Part shown: in pieces, positions 34,741-47,561 of the stretch
How positions within the stretch are numbered: the first letter of the stretch is position 1
Layout of the letters: every line of letters begins with the position of its first letter
Source of the DNA: Tubulanus polymorphus
Taxonomy: Eukaryota > Animalia > Nemertea
Assembly: GCF_964204645.1 (NCBI RefSeq)
Contig: NC_134030.1
Span: 1,657,355 to 1,721,354, forward strand
Direction: 5' to 3'
Length of the DNA stretch: 64,000 bases
Made by a program: the position numbers and the translations under genes
The notes under the pieces: generated by a model
Told to the model about the DNA's origin: nothing
The model's database searches: none
What the model saw: only the letters and a program-made list of their open reading frames with translations

Positions 34741-37700
34741 TTTGATTTTCAGAATTAAAACCTTTTTTCTATTAAAGAAATTAGATATTGGTTAAAAAAC
34801 AAGTGAATAATTGTTTGTAAGAAAAAAGAAAATCATGTTAGAAAAAAATATAGATGTAAAAAAATATAGATGTAAGAAAAAAAAAGTATATTGTAAATCG
34901 ACGAGACGACAGAACCAGCATCAGCAACAACAACATCAGAGGAAGCAGTAACCAGTTATTTATCAGCTCCATAAATTACTGAAACGAAATCCACAACTCG
35001 GATACCAACCACACTCAACTCTAGAATTGTTCATACAACTGTCAACATGGAGTTCATCTCACAAGCAAATTAGGTAATTATCTTATGAAATTGTATGAAT
35101 TGCCAATTTAACATTTTTGCATTTCAAGTAGGTGTAATTGAATGTTTGTCAACCTTACTCTTATAAAACTGTGTTAACCGTTGAACAGGATTCTAAGACT
35201 GTGCAGAAAACCCGTTATCGCTGCTTTGCAGCTATAATTATCTGATAAATTAGTATGGAATGCCAATTTTACATTTTTGCATTTAAGTTTAAGTGAGTTT
35301 AAAATCACGTTTCATTTGTTGTTTATTTTGTCTTTTCAGTTTTCAATTTGCCGAGATCAGTCGTCAAAAACTGTTACAACGGAAACTAAGATAACAAAGA
35401 CTTGATTTGGCAAAGATTGAAGAAATCCTGCGAAAAGATTATTCATGAATTGTTCATACAACTGTCAACACGGAGTTCATCTCACAAGCAAATTAGGTAA
35501 TTATCTTATGATTTTGAAAGAAATGCTAATTTTTACTCGTTAATTTTTTTACAAATAAGTTGACTTTGAAATCTTTATTAATTTCTTGTTTATTTTGTTT
35601 TTTCAGTTTTCAATTTGCCGAGATCAGTCATCAAAAACTGTTACAACGGAAACTAAGATAACAAAGACTTGATTTGGCAAAGATTGAAGAAATCCTGAGA
35701 AGAGATTATTCAAGAATTGTTCATACAACTGTCAACATGGAGTTCATCTCACAAGCAAATTAGGTAATTATCTTATGATTTTGTATGAAATGCTAAATTT
35801 TACTCGTTATTTTTTTACTAATAAGTTGACTTTGAAATCTTTATTTATTTCTTGTTTATTTTGTCTTTTCAGTTTTGAATTTGCCGAGATTCACATGTAG
35901 CAGATATAATGGAATTAAGTATTGAGAACCGCAACTTAACAATAAACCGGATCAACTTAATATAGTGCTGAGGACCAAAAATAAAGGATAAACCCGACCA
36001 GTGTAATTCAGTGTCGAGAACCGCAGTTAAACGATGAACCCGACCAGTGTAATTCAGTGTCGAGAACCGCAGTTAAACGATGAACCCGACCAGTGTAATT
36101 CAGTATTGAGAACCACAATTAAACGATGAACCCGACCAGTGTGATTCAGTGTCGAGAACCACAATTAAACGATGAACCGGACCAGTGTAATTCAGTGTTC
36201 AGAGCCGCAGTTAAACAATGAACCGGACCAGTGTAATTCAGTGTCGAGAACCGCAATTAAACGATGAACCGGACCAGTGTAATTCAGTGTCGAGAACCAC
36301 AATTAAATGATGAACCGGACCAGTGTAATTAAGTGTCGAGAACCACAATTAAACGATGAACCGGACCAGTGTAATTAAGTGTCGAGAACCACAATTAAAC
36401 GATAAACCGGACCAGTGTAATTCAGTGTCGAGAACCGCAATTAAACGATAAACCGGACCAGTGTAATTCAGTGTCGAGAACCGTAATTAAACGATGAACC
36501 GGACCAGTGTAATTCAGTTTCGCAATAACCGCAATAAAACGATAATCTGGAGTTGTAATAGTGTTGTGTATTTGCGTAGTGGATCAAGTGGAAGGATTTT
36601 AAGTGTATTTGGTGACTTTAATTCGTTCGCATCCAACAGAATCAACAAAGACATTACAAAAAACGACAAAAAATGATTGAATGTAAATGCATTGAATTTA
36701 GGTTTGATGATCAAGATAATCACTGATCAAGATTGACAGTTATAATCAATAATTGTTGAACTTGATCAGAGATTTTCAAGATCGATTTTAAGGTGATTCA
36801 GAAGTTTAAATCTGATGTTTTAATCTCTGGGACTCAGATATTAAATCAATAGATTTTTACTGCTGAATGATCTTCATGTACAGATGAGCTACAATTGTTC
36901 CTAGTGTGTTCTGTTAAGACTGATTGAAGGGTGGAAAAACTTGACTCAAATTCAAATTGAGTCGAGTTTTTCCATGATAATCTCTGATCAAGATCGGCAG
37001 TTACTGGTATAATCCACAATTGTTGAACTTGATTGGTGATTTTCAAGATCTGTTTTAAGGTGATTCACAAGTTTAAATCTAATGTTTTAATCTCTGGGTT
37101 CCAGATATTAAATCAATAGATTTTTACTGCTGAATGACCTTCGTGTACAGATAAGCTACAATTGTTCCTAGTGTGTTCTGTTAAGAAAGGGTGGAAAAAC
37201 TTGACCCAAATTCAAATTGAGTCGAGTTTTTCCAAGATGATCTCTGATCAAGATCGGCAGTTATAATCCATAATTGTTGAACTTGATTGGAGATTTTCGA
37301 GAACTGTTTTTAAGGTGATTCAGAAGTGTGAATCTGATGTTTTAATCTCTGGGTTTCAGAGATTAAATCAATAGGTTTTAACTTCTGAATCACTTCGGGT
37401 TTTGGTAAGTTAAAGTGTTTCCTATTGTAATCTGTTAAACTGATTAAAGGGTGGAAAAACTTGATTCAAATTAATAATCTGAATCAAGTTTTCCAATGAT
37501 AATCCGCGATCAAGTTCGGCAGTTATAATTCATAACTGTTGAACTCAATTCACAATTAAATGAACTGTTTTAAGGTGATTCAGAAGTATAAATCTGATGT
37601 TTTAATCTCTGGGTTTCAGAGATTAAATCAATAGGCTTTACTTCTGAATCACTGTTAGGTTTTGATAAGTTGTAAGTTGTTCCTATTGTTTAATGAATTG

Positions 37701-38379
37701 GTAGAAATTCTATTTTTAGGTGACAGGTCAAATAGATTAGAACAGTAATTTATGCAGAGGTTGAATTAATTTAATGTTTGATATACCAAAGAATGGTTTA
37801 TTGTGAAGATTTAATTAAAATCTTAAATAAAGAGTTGTTCAATTTCATAAATGTTTTGTTTTCGATGAAGTTTTTTCATTTTCTGGATTTGAGGAATTTG
37901 ACTTTAAACACATCGGTGGATTCAGCACAGTTCTGTGGACACAGTTTTGGGACCGAGACACAGCTCAAGACCCAGTTACAAGTTCAACTGGACTCCATCC
38001 CAAAAAACCCTGGGCCCTTCAAACCTTTAAGTAAGATGCTCACTTACAGATTCATAAAATTGACCCTTATTATCTTGTCATCTGCAGCACCATCTCAGAG
38101 GCTTAAACCAAGAATTTCTTGTAATGTTCAACAAATGTGAATTACATTAAGTAATTTTTGAGATCGACTTATTACCACCAGTATTGAGTTTTTTCTAAAT
38201 CACAGTCTACTTATTTTATATTCATCCACGATTTCATAGCTCTTTAACTATTCAACCCTTTCCCTGATGGGCCCTGGCCCCAATTGCTGAACCCAGTTCT
38301 CCAAGTCTAACGTCTGGGTTTAATGGTTTATCAGAGAATTAATGGATTAATTGGAAATAATCTAACAATCAATAAAGTT
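34537..38379. repeat. Segmental duplication copy B (2 exon units and ~11 46-bp units, versus 5 and ~22 in copy A)
   Basis: Direct comparison with 1-5161. Confidence 0.95.
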
Positions 38380-38539
38380 TAAAATTAATTATTTGACATA
38401 TCGTAATTGATTTTGTTCGCCACAACGCCTTTCTCATCAGGATTATAGCATTTTACTTTCTATGGGTTTTTAAAGGTAAGTTTTCAAAGGAAAGACAGAA
38501 TGTCCGAATATACGTCCGGATCCGCCTTTATATGCCTCA

Positions 38540-38615
38540 TTCCGATTCTGCTCATTTGCATATATTTTCAGCAAGTGGAAATTCCCCGAATTCCAAGATG
38601 GCGGCGACCATGATA
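38540..38615 (+). promoter_or_regulatory. Candidate promoter (octamer plus YY1-type motif)
   Basis: ATTTGCAT near 38554; CCAAGATGGCGGC near 38593. Confidence 0.3.
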
Positions 38616-39654
38616 TATTAAATAACAACTATTTTGGGCCAAATCAACGCTTTCTCAAGCTCAATATGAGATTTCCCGAGCGCAAATGTAACTTAAAAAG
38701 AAAATTATCCTGTTGGTTAGTTATATTTTTGATAATTGAATTTATTTGCAAAGTTAAAGTGAAGTTCCAATGACAGATAGAAACGTTGAAAGACTGGGGT
38801 AGATTGAAACATGCCCTAGCCACTGGCCACTATGAACAGTCCTAAACGTTTTGATCCAACTGCACCAGTTGAGGTCACTAACTGTGTGGCCCTTATTTAA
38901 CAATAGTGTGTCATATAAACACAAGGGCCCCCAAACTGCAGTTGCTCTGTTGGTTTTAAATCTGTATATAGTCATAGTCATTTTTGATCTTATCATCTGT
39001 TCTCCACCTTTTTGAGTGTGAGAGTTTTATGAACTGTTGTGAAGATTGAGGAAGTCGATAGAAAGAGATGAAAATTGTTAAAGTTGTTATCATGAAAATG
39101 ACTGAGCTTACTATGTACAGTATATACGACCCAGAGGGACATGGCTTATTATGAGAAACATTGAGGTTTTCATGAAAGTTCATGAATTTTGCATGAAAGT
39201 ACAATGTTGGAAAATATATCCCCTATGTCACACTCCCTGATTCTTTTTCATTGCCCTCATTTCTCTGAAAGGCCCTTCAACTGAATCAGTCTCCAGTCGA
39301 AAAGGTTCCTCTTATAAGTTCAATTGTCTATAACTGATGATGTGATGTGAAGAGTCTACAATTGAACAAATACCGCATTGAAATCAAATCTTCTCTATTT
39401 CAGGCATTACTTCTGGCATAAAACACTATTCAAGCAATGTAGGAGCATTTATAGGCGCAGCAGGAAGGAGGAGTTCAGGAGCAGCATCATATAGGAGTTG
39501 CACAGGAGCAGCATCATAGGAGTAGTGCAGGAGCAGTGAGAGCTTCATAGGAGCAGCAAGACCAGCATCATAGATAGGAACAGTAGCTGAAGAAATGAAA
39601 CAAGATAAGTAGCATTTGAAATATAGAAAATAGAAAAGCTGTAGAATGTTTTCT

Positions 39655-42600
39655 ATTGTAAAAATATTTTCAAATTCAGTCTGATTTGTGCCAGATTGTA
39701 ACTGTAGAAGTTTCACTCATTGTTTCAGTCTAATTGAGATGTGGCTGGTGTACATGTAACATTGACTGTGTAACACTGCAGTCATTTCTTCAATTATTCC
39801 TCCTCAGTTGGAAGAATGTTTGTTCCCTCATCTTCATTAGCGATAAGAATCAATCCCATCCGTCTACCAACAACATCGTCAAATTTCCACTTATCTAATC
39901 CTAGAGGGAATGAGTAGTATGAGGTTTGGGTATGGAGTGGGGCAGGGTATGGTGTAGTTGACAGTTAGGGTAGGATAGGGTAATGTGATGAGGTAAGGTC
40001 GGTCGGATGATGCAGGGTTATTTGATGTGGTTGGATTGGATGATGAGTTTGATATGGAACTGGTCGAGGTGGGTGTATGTGGTAGTGTACGGTGTGTATG
40101 TTCGGAGGGTGTATGATAACTGATTGAAAGGTTGCTGTTAGAGGTCAGTGCAGTAGTGATGCTGGTATAGTTTGTGTAAGGTAGGCGTCGGTGTACCGGG
40201 TTAAGTATAGGGTAAGGCATGGTCAGAGTAATGTTACCGTAGAGGAAAAGTTATGTGGGGAAGGGTGTTTTTGTTTTCAGCCCACTTGAGACTTAAGTCT
40301 CAGCGGGCCGTTGCATTTTCTTTTCATCCGTTGTCGTATCCGCAGACGGAATACAGTTATTTTTGGAGGTTTTTAAGTTTTCCAACGCCACTGCACATGT
40401 TCTCCAGGGGGTGTTGAGTGTAGAATTTTCAGATTGTCAGGAATTTCACCAAGTGTGCATTGGTGTCCCTGGACTCCCCAATTTTGAAATTAGGGTGAAT
40501 TCTGTAGAATTCTAATGATTGGTTAAATGGGCATCACTCTTTATTGGAATTCTGTGCTTAAAATATTGAATACGAAAGTAAGAACAGACGTCGAAGCTGT
40601 CACTGTGGACAGTGAATCTATTTCTGATTTGTCTGGATGTGACGGCGCAGGTGGTGGCCATAACTTCGAGGTCACCTCTTAATCATTACATGTCCTTAGA
40701 TGGATAGGACACAAGGGTAAATGAAAACATTCTTTAGGTTACTGCCAGGTTTTAGGGTATCGTACCAAGCCTTACCTTCCCGACCTTCTTCCCGCGCTAG
40801 CTATTCCAAAATCTCTATATGAGATACATCGAGAACGATGCTATTGAAGATTGAATTCATCGATTCATTTTGGAATTGAAACTTGTTTCATGGAACAAAT
40901 GGTGCTGCAAATAAACAATATCATCAAACAATGATTCTGATTGACTATAGTGAACTGCTGCCCTACTACTGGCTTTAAAAGCAATTATTGAGATAGATTC
41001 CAGTCCAGTTCAATTACTATATTTCCCATATAGACACTTACTGCCGGTTGGTACTGGTACATAGCCAGGAGAGACAGCCATAAGAAAAAGAAAGAATATG
41101 AAGAACATGAAGAGTGGGGGGTTTAGTCCACTGTCTGCCTAGCGGGTAGGCAGTGGTCTATTCCTACCTCGACTCAAAAAAAGAAAAAAGATATGAAGAG
41201 TGGGGTCCGAGAGCAATTCGAAGGTTAAGTCCCCTGTCCGCCTAGCGGGTAGGTAGTGGTCTATACCTACCTCGACTCAAAAAAAAAAAGGTGAGCTTAA
41301 AGCCACCAAGCACAAAAGTGGGGTCCGAAGGGTAGTCCTCTGCTGGCTTAGAGGGCAGGCATTGGTCTATTCTTACCTCACGTGCTTAAAAATCTTCACA
41401 AAAATGGCTATTAAGAGAGAGAGTGAGAGAGAGGAGGTGCTAAGTTTCCTGTACTTGACTGGGTGTAAAGTGATCAATAATGGAAATCATTTACGGTAAA
41501 CCTTGAGTTTACTAACAATGTATTTTGGGTTCAGAGTCTATTTCTCAACAGTTTGCTGTTAACAAGCTGGTAGTAGGGTAAAAACTACCGGTATTCAGAG
41601 ATTTGTGAATCAGAAGTTTTGCCGTCATTTGCTTCATGAATCATTCACTTTTTAAAATGAATGATGTGACACACATGTAAAATACTGTTACTGATTTGTC
41701 ATTGTTTTGATGGTGTCTTAATGTTCAATATCTTGCAGGTATCATCTCCTTGCATTTCACATAGAATTGAGGAGTAGTTTGAGTGGATGGGAGGCATGGA
41801 GAGATTTGGCTCAAGATATCTCACTCGTTCGTTTAGGTTTAGTTTGAGATCATCTAATCAGCTTAAGTGTATACATCCTCGACTACTTTTCAACTAGTAG
41901 TTCATCGTAGGTTTTAGACGTCACATCCATAGCTCCTTCCTATACTCGTGAATTTACAATTCATTCCTATCCGATGATGCCATTTATGATGGAATGTGTT
42001 AAAGTAGATGTCTATGTGTTTTCATCTTTTGGTAAATCGTGAAAAAATCTGGCTAATTTGAATCGAAAGCCATTGATTATTATCTTGCGCGGTAATGATG
42101 GAAAAATTCAAAATTCGAATAGCTGTGTGGAATAAGAGAATGTCTTGAAAGGATTTGAGACATTGAGATGTGTAAAGGGAGACTGATTACACCTGTACTG
42201 TCCTAGCCCCTCCCCAGGCAGTCACCACCTCGCCCCAACCAATTCTACCAAATCACCCTCACCTCAACAACATCAAAATCCCTTTCACTTTTCCTCTACC
42301 ATTATTTTTACCATGCCGGCTACCTTATCCCTAACCCTGCAAACCACACTCTACTCTACACAAACCATATTAACATCACAACTGTACCGTCCTCCAGCAC
42401 CAACCTTTCTTCATTGTCAGACACCTCTCTAACTATACATCGTACACTACCACATACACCCACCTCGACCGGTTCTATAACAAGCTGATCATCTAATCCA
42501 GCCATATCAAACAACCCTGCATCATCCAACCTGACCTTACCTTACCACAATACCCTATCCTCCCCTAACATGTCAATCACACCATGCCCTGCCCCATTCC

Positions 42601-42880
42601 ATACCCAAGCGCCATAACACTCATTCCCTCTATGATTGAATAAGATAGAAATGTTACAATGTTGTAGTTAGACGGATGGGATTGATTTTCTTTGCTAATG
42701 AAGATGAGAGAACAAACATTCTTCTAACTGAGGAGGAATAAGTGAACAAACTACAGCGGTGTTACACATTCAATGTTACATGTACATCAGTCACATCTCA
42801 ATTAGACTGAAACAATGAGTGAAACTTCTACAGTTACAATCTGACACAAATCAGACTGTGTCAGAAAACATTTTTTCATT
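39655..42880. repeat. Diverged ~610-bp inverted repeat pair (39655-40270 / 42272-42880)
   Basis: AGATTGTAACTGTAGAAGTTTCACTCATTGTTTCAGTCTAATTGAGATGTG matches the reverse complement near 42790-42842; G-rich versus C-rich arms. Confidence 0.85.
41114..41390. repeat. Three ~100-bp structured units, each ending in an A-tract
   Basis: CTGCCTA-GCGGG-TAGGCAG hairpin, then TGGTCTATTCCTACCTCGACTC(A)n. Confidence 0.7.
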
Positions 42881-42987
42881 TAGCCCCACGTGCTGAGTGG
42901 ATGATAGACATCATGAGACTCATCAAATTTTTAGAAATTAGTTTAATTGAAAAATTAATTTAAGCAATGTCTGTTTTTGCATTTCAG

Positions 42988-45400
42988 AGGTTGATGTTAC
43001 CTGAACATGCAGTTCTGAGCTGACTCCAGATCAGGTGAGCATATTTGCAGTGAAATTGGATAAAATCATGACATTTTCCAAGAGCTCTTATTAGTGGAAT
43101 TTTATCTCTATAGCCCTTGATCCAAGTGCTGCCCAGTGAGACACTGTCTGGTGAACTCAACATCCAAGTGCTACAGAATCTACCCCCAGTGAGACACTGT
43201 CTGGTGAACTCAACATCCAAGTGCTGCAGAATCTACCTCCAGTGAGACACTGTCTGGTGAACTCAACATCCAAGTGCTACAGAATCTACCCCCAGTGAGA
43301 CACTGTCTGGTGAACTCAACATCCAAGTGCTGCAGAATCTACCCCCAGTGAGACACTGTCTGGTGAACTCAACATCCAAGTGCTGCAGAATCTACCCCCA
43401 GTGAGACACTGTCTGGTGAACTCAACATCCAAGTGCTACAGAATCGACCCCCAGTGAGACACTGTGTGGTGAACTCAACATCCAAGTGCTACAGAATCTA
43501 CCCCCAGTGAGACACTGTGTGGTGAACTCAACATCCAAGTGCTACAGAATCTACCCCCAGTGAGACACTGTCTGGTGAACTCAACATCCAAGTGCTGCAG
43601 AATCTACCTCCAGTGACACACTGTCTGGTGAACTCAACATCCAAGGAGATGATCTGTTAATTACACTCATGGTTGTGCTGGCTACTGATATGGGAGGTAT
43701 GTATCGTATCTGGAGCCAATTTCACTTTGATTCCAACAACTAATTTCTTATGATTCTCCATTTCATTTTCCATTAGAAGGAACTGTGTTATTATGATTTG
43801 TCTGAGTGTCCGTTAATGTTAGTTGAACTGTAACTCAGAGAAGTGAACCGTGGATGTGACAACTCCACACAGATGTCATGTATGTATCTGGACAATTTTC
43901 ATTATCAATGTCTTTCTGTTTTAGTTTTCCGCAGAAGAATCTGATAAATATAATGTTATGGACTTTGTGTTTTTCTTTTGAGTGTCTATCATCATTAGCT
44001 TATTTCATCATTAACAATTTTATTAATTTTTTCCTTCAGTTTAAAGAATCTGTGTAAGGAGATGATCTGTTAATTACACTCATGGTTGTGCTAGCTACTG
44101 ATGAGTGGTATGTATCGTATATGGAGCCAATTTCTATTTGATTTCAACAACGAATTTCTTATGATTTTATTCAGTTTGTTTTCCTTCAGAAGAAACTTTG
44201 TTATTATCAATTGACTGAGCCTCCATCATTATTAGTTAAACTGTAACTGAGAGACATGAACCACGAATATCCTAACTCTTTAGTCAATGTGTATGTATCA
44301 GGACAACTTTCTGATTATCGATATCTTACCGTATGATTTTCCTGCAGAAGAATCTGATGAATATAATGTTATGGACTGAATGTGTTTTTCATTTTAGTGT
44401 CCATCATCATTAGTTTAACTATAACTGAAGAGACCTGAACCAGGGATGTTATAATTCCAATGTTGATATGTATGTATCACGACAACTTTCGTTATCAATG
44501 ATTTTCATTTTTCGAAATCTATGAAATACGGTAGATGCGTGATTGAATCTATATTGTTCTCATTTCAGAGTCTGCTACATACATGTGATACGTGCACAGA
44601 GAGACAAATTCTATTAATTTTAAACACTTATCCCTTAGTTATCAATGATTTTCCATATTGTTTTAATCTGTTAGGAGAACTGAACTCTGGTCCTGAACAT
44701 GTTTCAACTCTTCTATCAATAAGTGGTTTGTATGGAAACAGAATTTCCTGCAATAGAATCTGATGAATAGATGTCATGATATTATGTTATTCTCATTTCA
44801 GTGTCCATCATTATAAGTTGAACTGTACAGAAACCAATAGCTGAATTGAACTGATCTCCGCAGTCAATGGTTGGAGATGGCTACAGATACGAGTGGTATG
44901 TGTGTATGGACACAAATTCATTTTCAACAACTGATTTTGTATTTTATATTCTGTAGAGGAATCTTTGAGAGATAGATGTTATAGAATCTGTTATTTTCAG
45001 TGTTGATCAATGTTAGTTGAACTGTAATGAGTAGAACCAGTAGTTACTCCACAGTCAATGGTTTAGTCAGTTACAGACATACATACAAATAGTCAGCAAT
45101 AATTCCCTCAAGTGCTGTTCTGTTAAGACAATTTGTTGTAAGTAAACCCACAATGTACGTGATGTGGTTTGTGTGTATGGAGACAATTTCATTATTTTCA
45201 TTAATTATTTGTTAGGCAATGACAAATTGTCCATGGGATGACCGATTACCAGTAGATGACCAGGGAACAGTCTACATGTATGTATCGAGACAATTTTCTG
45301 TTGTTTTGAGGAATCTATAAGAGATAAATGTTATAGAATCTGTTATTCTTATTTCAGTGTCCGTCATCATGAGTTGAAACAAATATCTGATTTGAAGTGA
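42988..45400 (+). ncRNA. Possible spliced lncRNA built from degenerate tandem exon units
   Basis: Recurrent TTTTCC..AG|AAGAATCTG acceptors and GTATGT donors every ~150-200 bp; no sustained ORF. Confidence 0.35.
43134..43644. repeat. 53-bp minisatellite, ~9.6 copies
   Basis: Unit starts CAGTGAGACACTGTCTGGTGAACTCAACATCCAAGTGCT; period 43134 to 43187. Confidence 0.95.
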
Positions 45401-47373
45401 ACTCTGCAGTCATTCAACCCTTACACATATATAAGTTACGTATTAGTGATATTTACCACTGACAGACAATTAAAACAACTTGTATAATAATGATTCACTG
45501 TTTGTGAATGAACTTGTGAACAGTCGCTACTCCTTAATGCTATCAGTTACAGCCACCTTTTGATAGAATCTCTGTCTAAACCTCTTGCATGATCATCTAT
45601 ATCTCAATTATAATATAATAAATACTAATCCTTCATTTTAACTCTCTTCTATTCTAATACATTGTATGAGTCAAAAGATGGTTGTCATTGATAGAATTAG
45701 GGACGCTATACAGCTGGCTAATTGTCATAATCTAAACCCTTTTTGTGTTCACTGCATACTCTGTGACCCTCCACTTCAATGCATTTTAATTGATTCAATT
45801 TCACCAACTTTTTATATTTTTTTTTCATGTCAGCGTCAATCATTTTTACCTGCCGCAGGTAGAAATGAATCCACTGCTTGAGTGGCTATAAAAGTCGTTG
45901 GTGAAGACAAGTACACTCAATTGGAGACAATAATTTCTTTTAGATCTGACAGTGGTAGGAATTGTAACATTTTAATATATAAGGGGCACATCTAGAAAAT
46001 TGGAAGACACGTTTTAATTGATATCTGTTATTTTACGTGTTTCAGCTTCAAAATTATCCGAGTTCTACCAAATGAGATTATTCACCCATGAAGACTCGAC
46101 TGATTCATACCCTCATAAGGTAGTTGTACTTTCATTTTTATTAAACATTTCAATAATTAAAATTGGCGATATTAAGAAGAAAAAAGAAATTCATAAATTG
46201 CATTATTTAAAGTACTTAAAACCTATTCATAAATAACAATGCGGTACCGCTGCATAACAGATGGCACCACTATACGGTCGTTGCTACTACTAGACTGGTT
46301 ACCTGTATAATAAGTACAATACAATGAATTTTATTCGCACGGTGACGTATGTATTGGCATTGAAGCGCTCACTTATAATTCTATTGTTTTGAATGTGGAT
46401 ACTATGTAGACCCAGAAAACAACGAAGGCTACATTACGATTGCACCTTACACACAGGGCCACCTTCGGTTATCGGAGTCAGTCGACTTATAATAGTCCCG
46501 AGTAACTCATGTCAAATGTCGGAACTATATTCCGGAAATAGTTCGAAAATCAAGCGCATTCGGTTATTAGTTCCAACCACTGGTCGACTAGCTACCTATT
46601 ACCGAATTTGGCCCAGCCTGTCTAACTCTGGATTCGCAACTGGCAACCGAGTTAAGTGCTTCTCGCTAGCCAGGTTGCCGCTAAGCGGCCACCAGTCTAT
46701 AATATTAACCCAATCACACGTCTGTCACTCACTGATTCGCTACGCATCTGATTGGCTAGATATATAGACTGGTGGCCGCTTGACCATTGAGGCAAGCGAG
46801 GATGGTTGCGTGACTTATCGAAATGTTCGCTTGCCACAGGAATACCGTCCAATGTAATAAGTGTTTATGTATTATTAATTGTAGGAATGCCTGGTGATGT
46901 AGATCAAGTTCACAGAAACTGAAAACAGAAAGAAACCTTGCGGAATCTATTGTGTATAAATAAATATATTTATTATCGTGTTGTGTTGTTTATTCTGAGT
47001 GCGATCTGTGGTGATTCAACCACTTGGTCCTCTCAAGTTTTTTCCCCATCCAAATTTTTGAATCCGTTTGCGCCGTTTTGACTGAAGTGATCTTTAAATT
47101 TGTATTAGTTCTAAGACTTAGACAGGTCTTAAATTCTTTCAGTTGCGGCCACCTCTCGACAAAAATCTATTGTACTAATCCTTAATAACTTTTAATAACT
47201 TCTAATCGCATGCATCGAAAGGTGGCTGTCATAGATGGAATTAGAGATATGATCGATGTCTAAGATGAATACAATTGCGTTTAATTTGAAACTGCTAAAC
47301 AGTTGCAGTAAGAGTTAAATAACGATCATCACTGTATCTATGCTTGTGATGATTGTTCCACTCTCAGTAATTA

Positions 47374-47561
47374 CAGAGCTGCCAACTGTTACTGATTTCC
47401 AGTATTAGTTAGTATTTTATAACGAGAAATACTGATCTGATTTGTGAAGGTCTTGCCGTTGATCACTGATTAATTGAACATTCCTTTCATATTTTAATGA
47501 AACCTTACTGAAAAAAATTCAATTTGCTACTGATAGGACTTTTCAAAGGTTGGCAGCCCTG
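47374..47561. mobile_element. hAT-like MITE
   Basis: CAGAGCTGCCAAC ... GTTGGCAGCCCTG. Confidence 0.65.

Noticed and set aside
43645-44110. C/D-box snoRNA or hammerhead (ATGATC...CTGA, CTGATGA)
   Set aside because: No canonical box C with terminal stem and no GAAA with stem II; better explained as a duplicated exon-like unit
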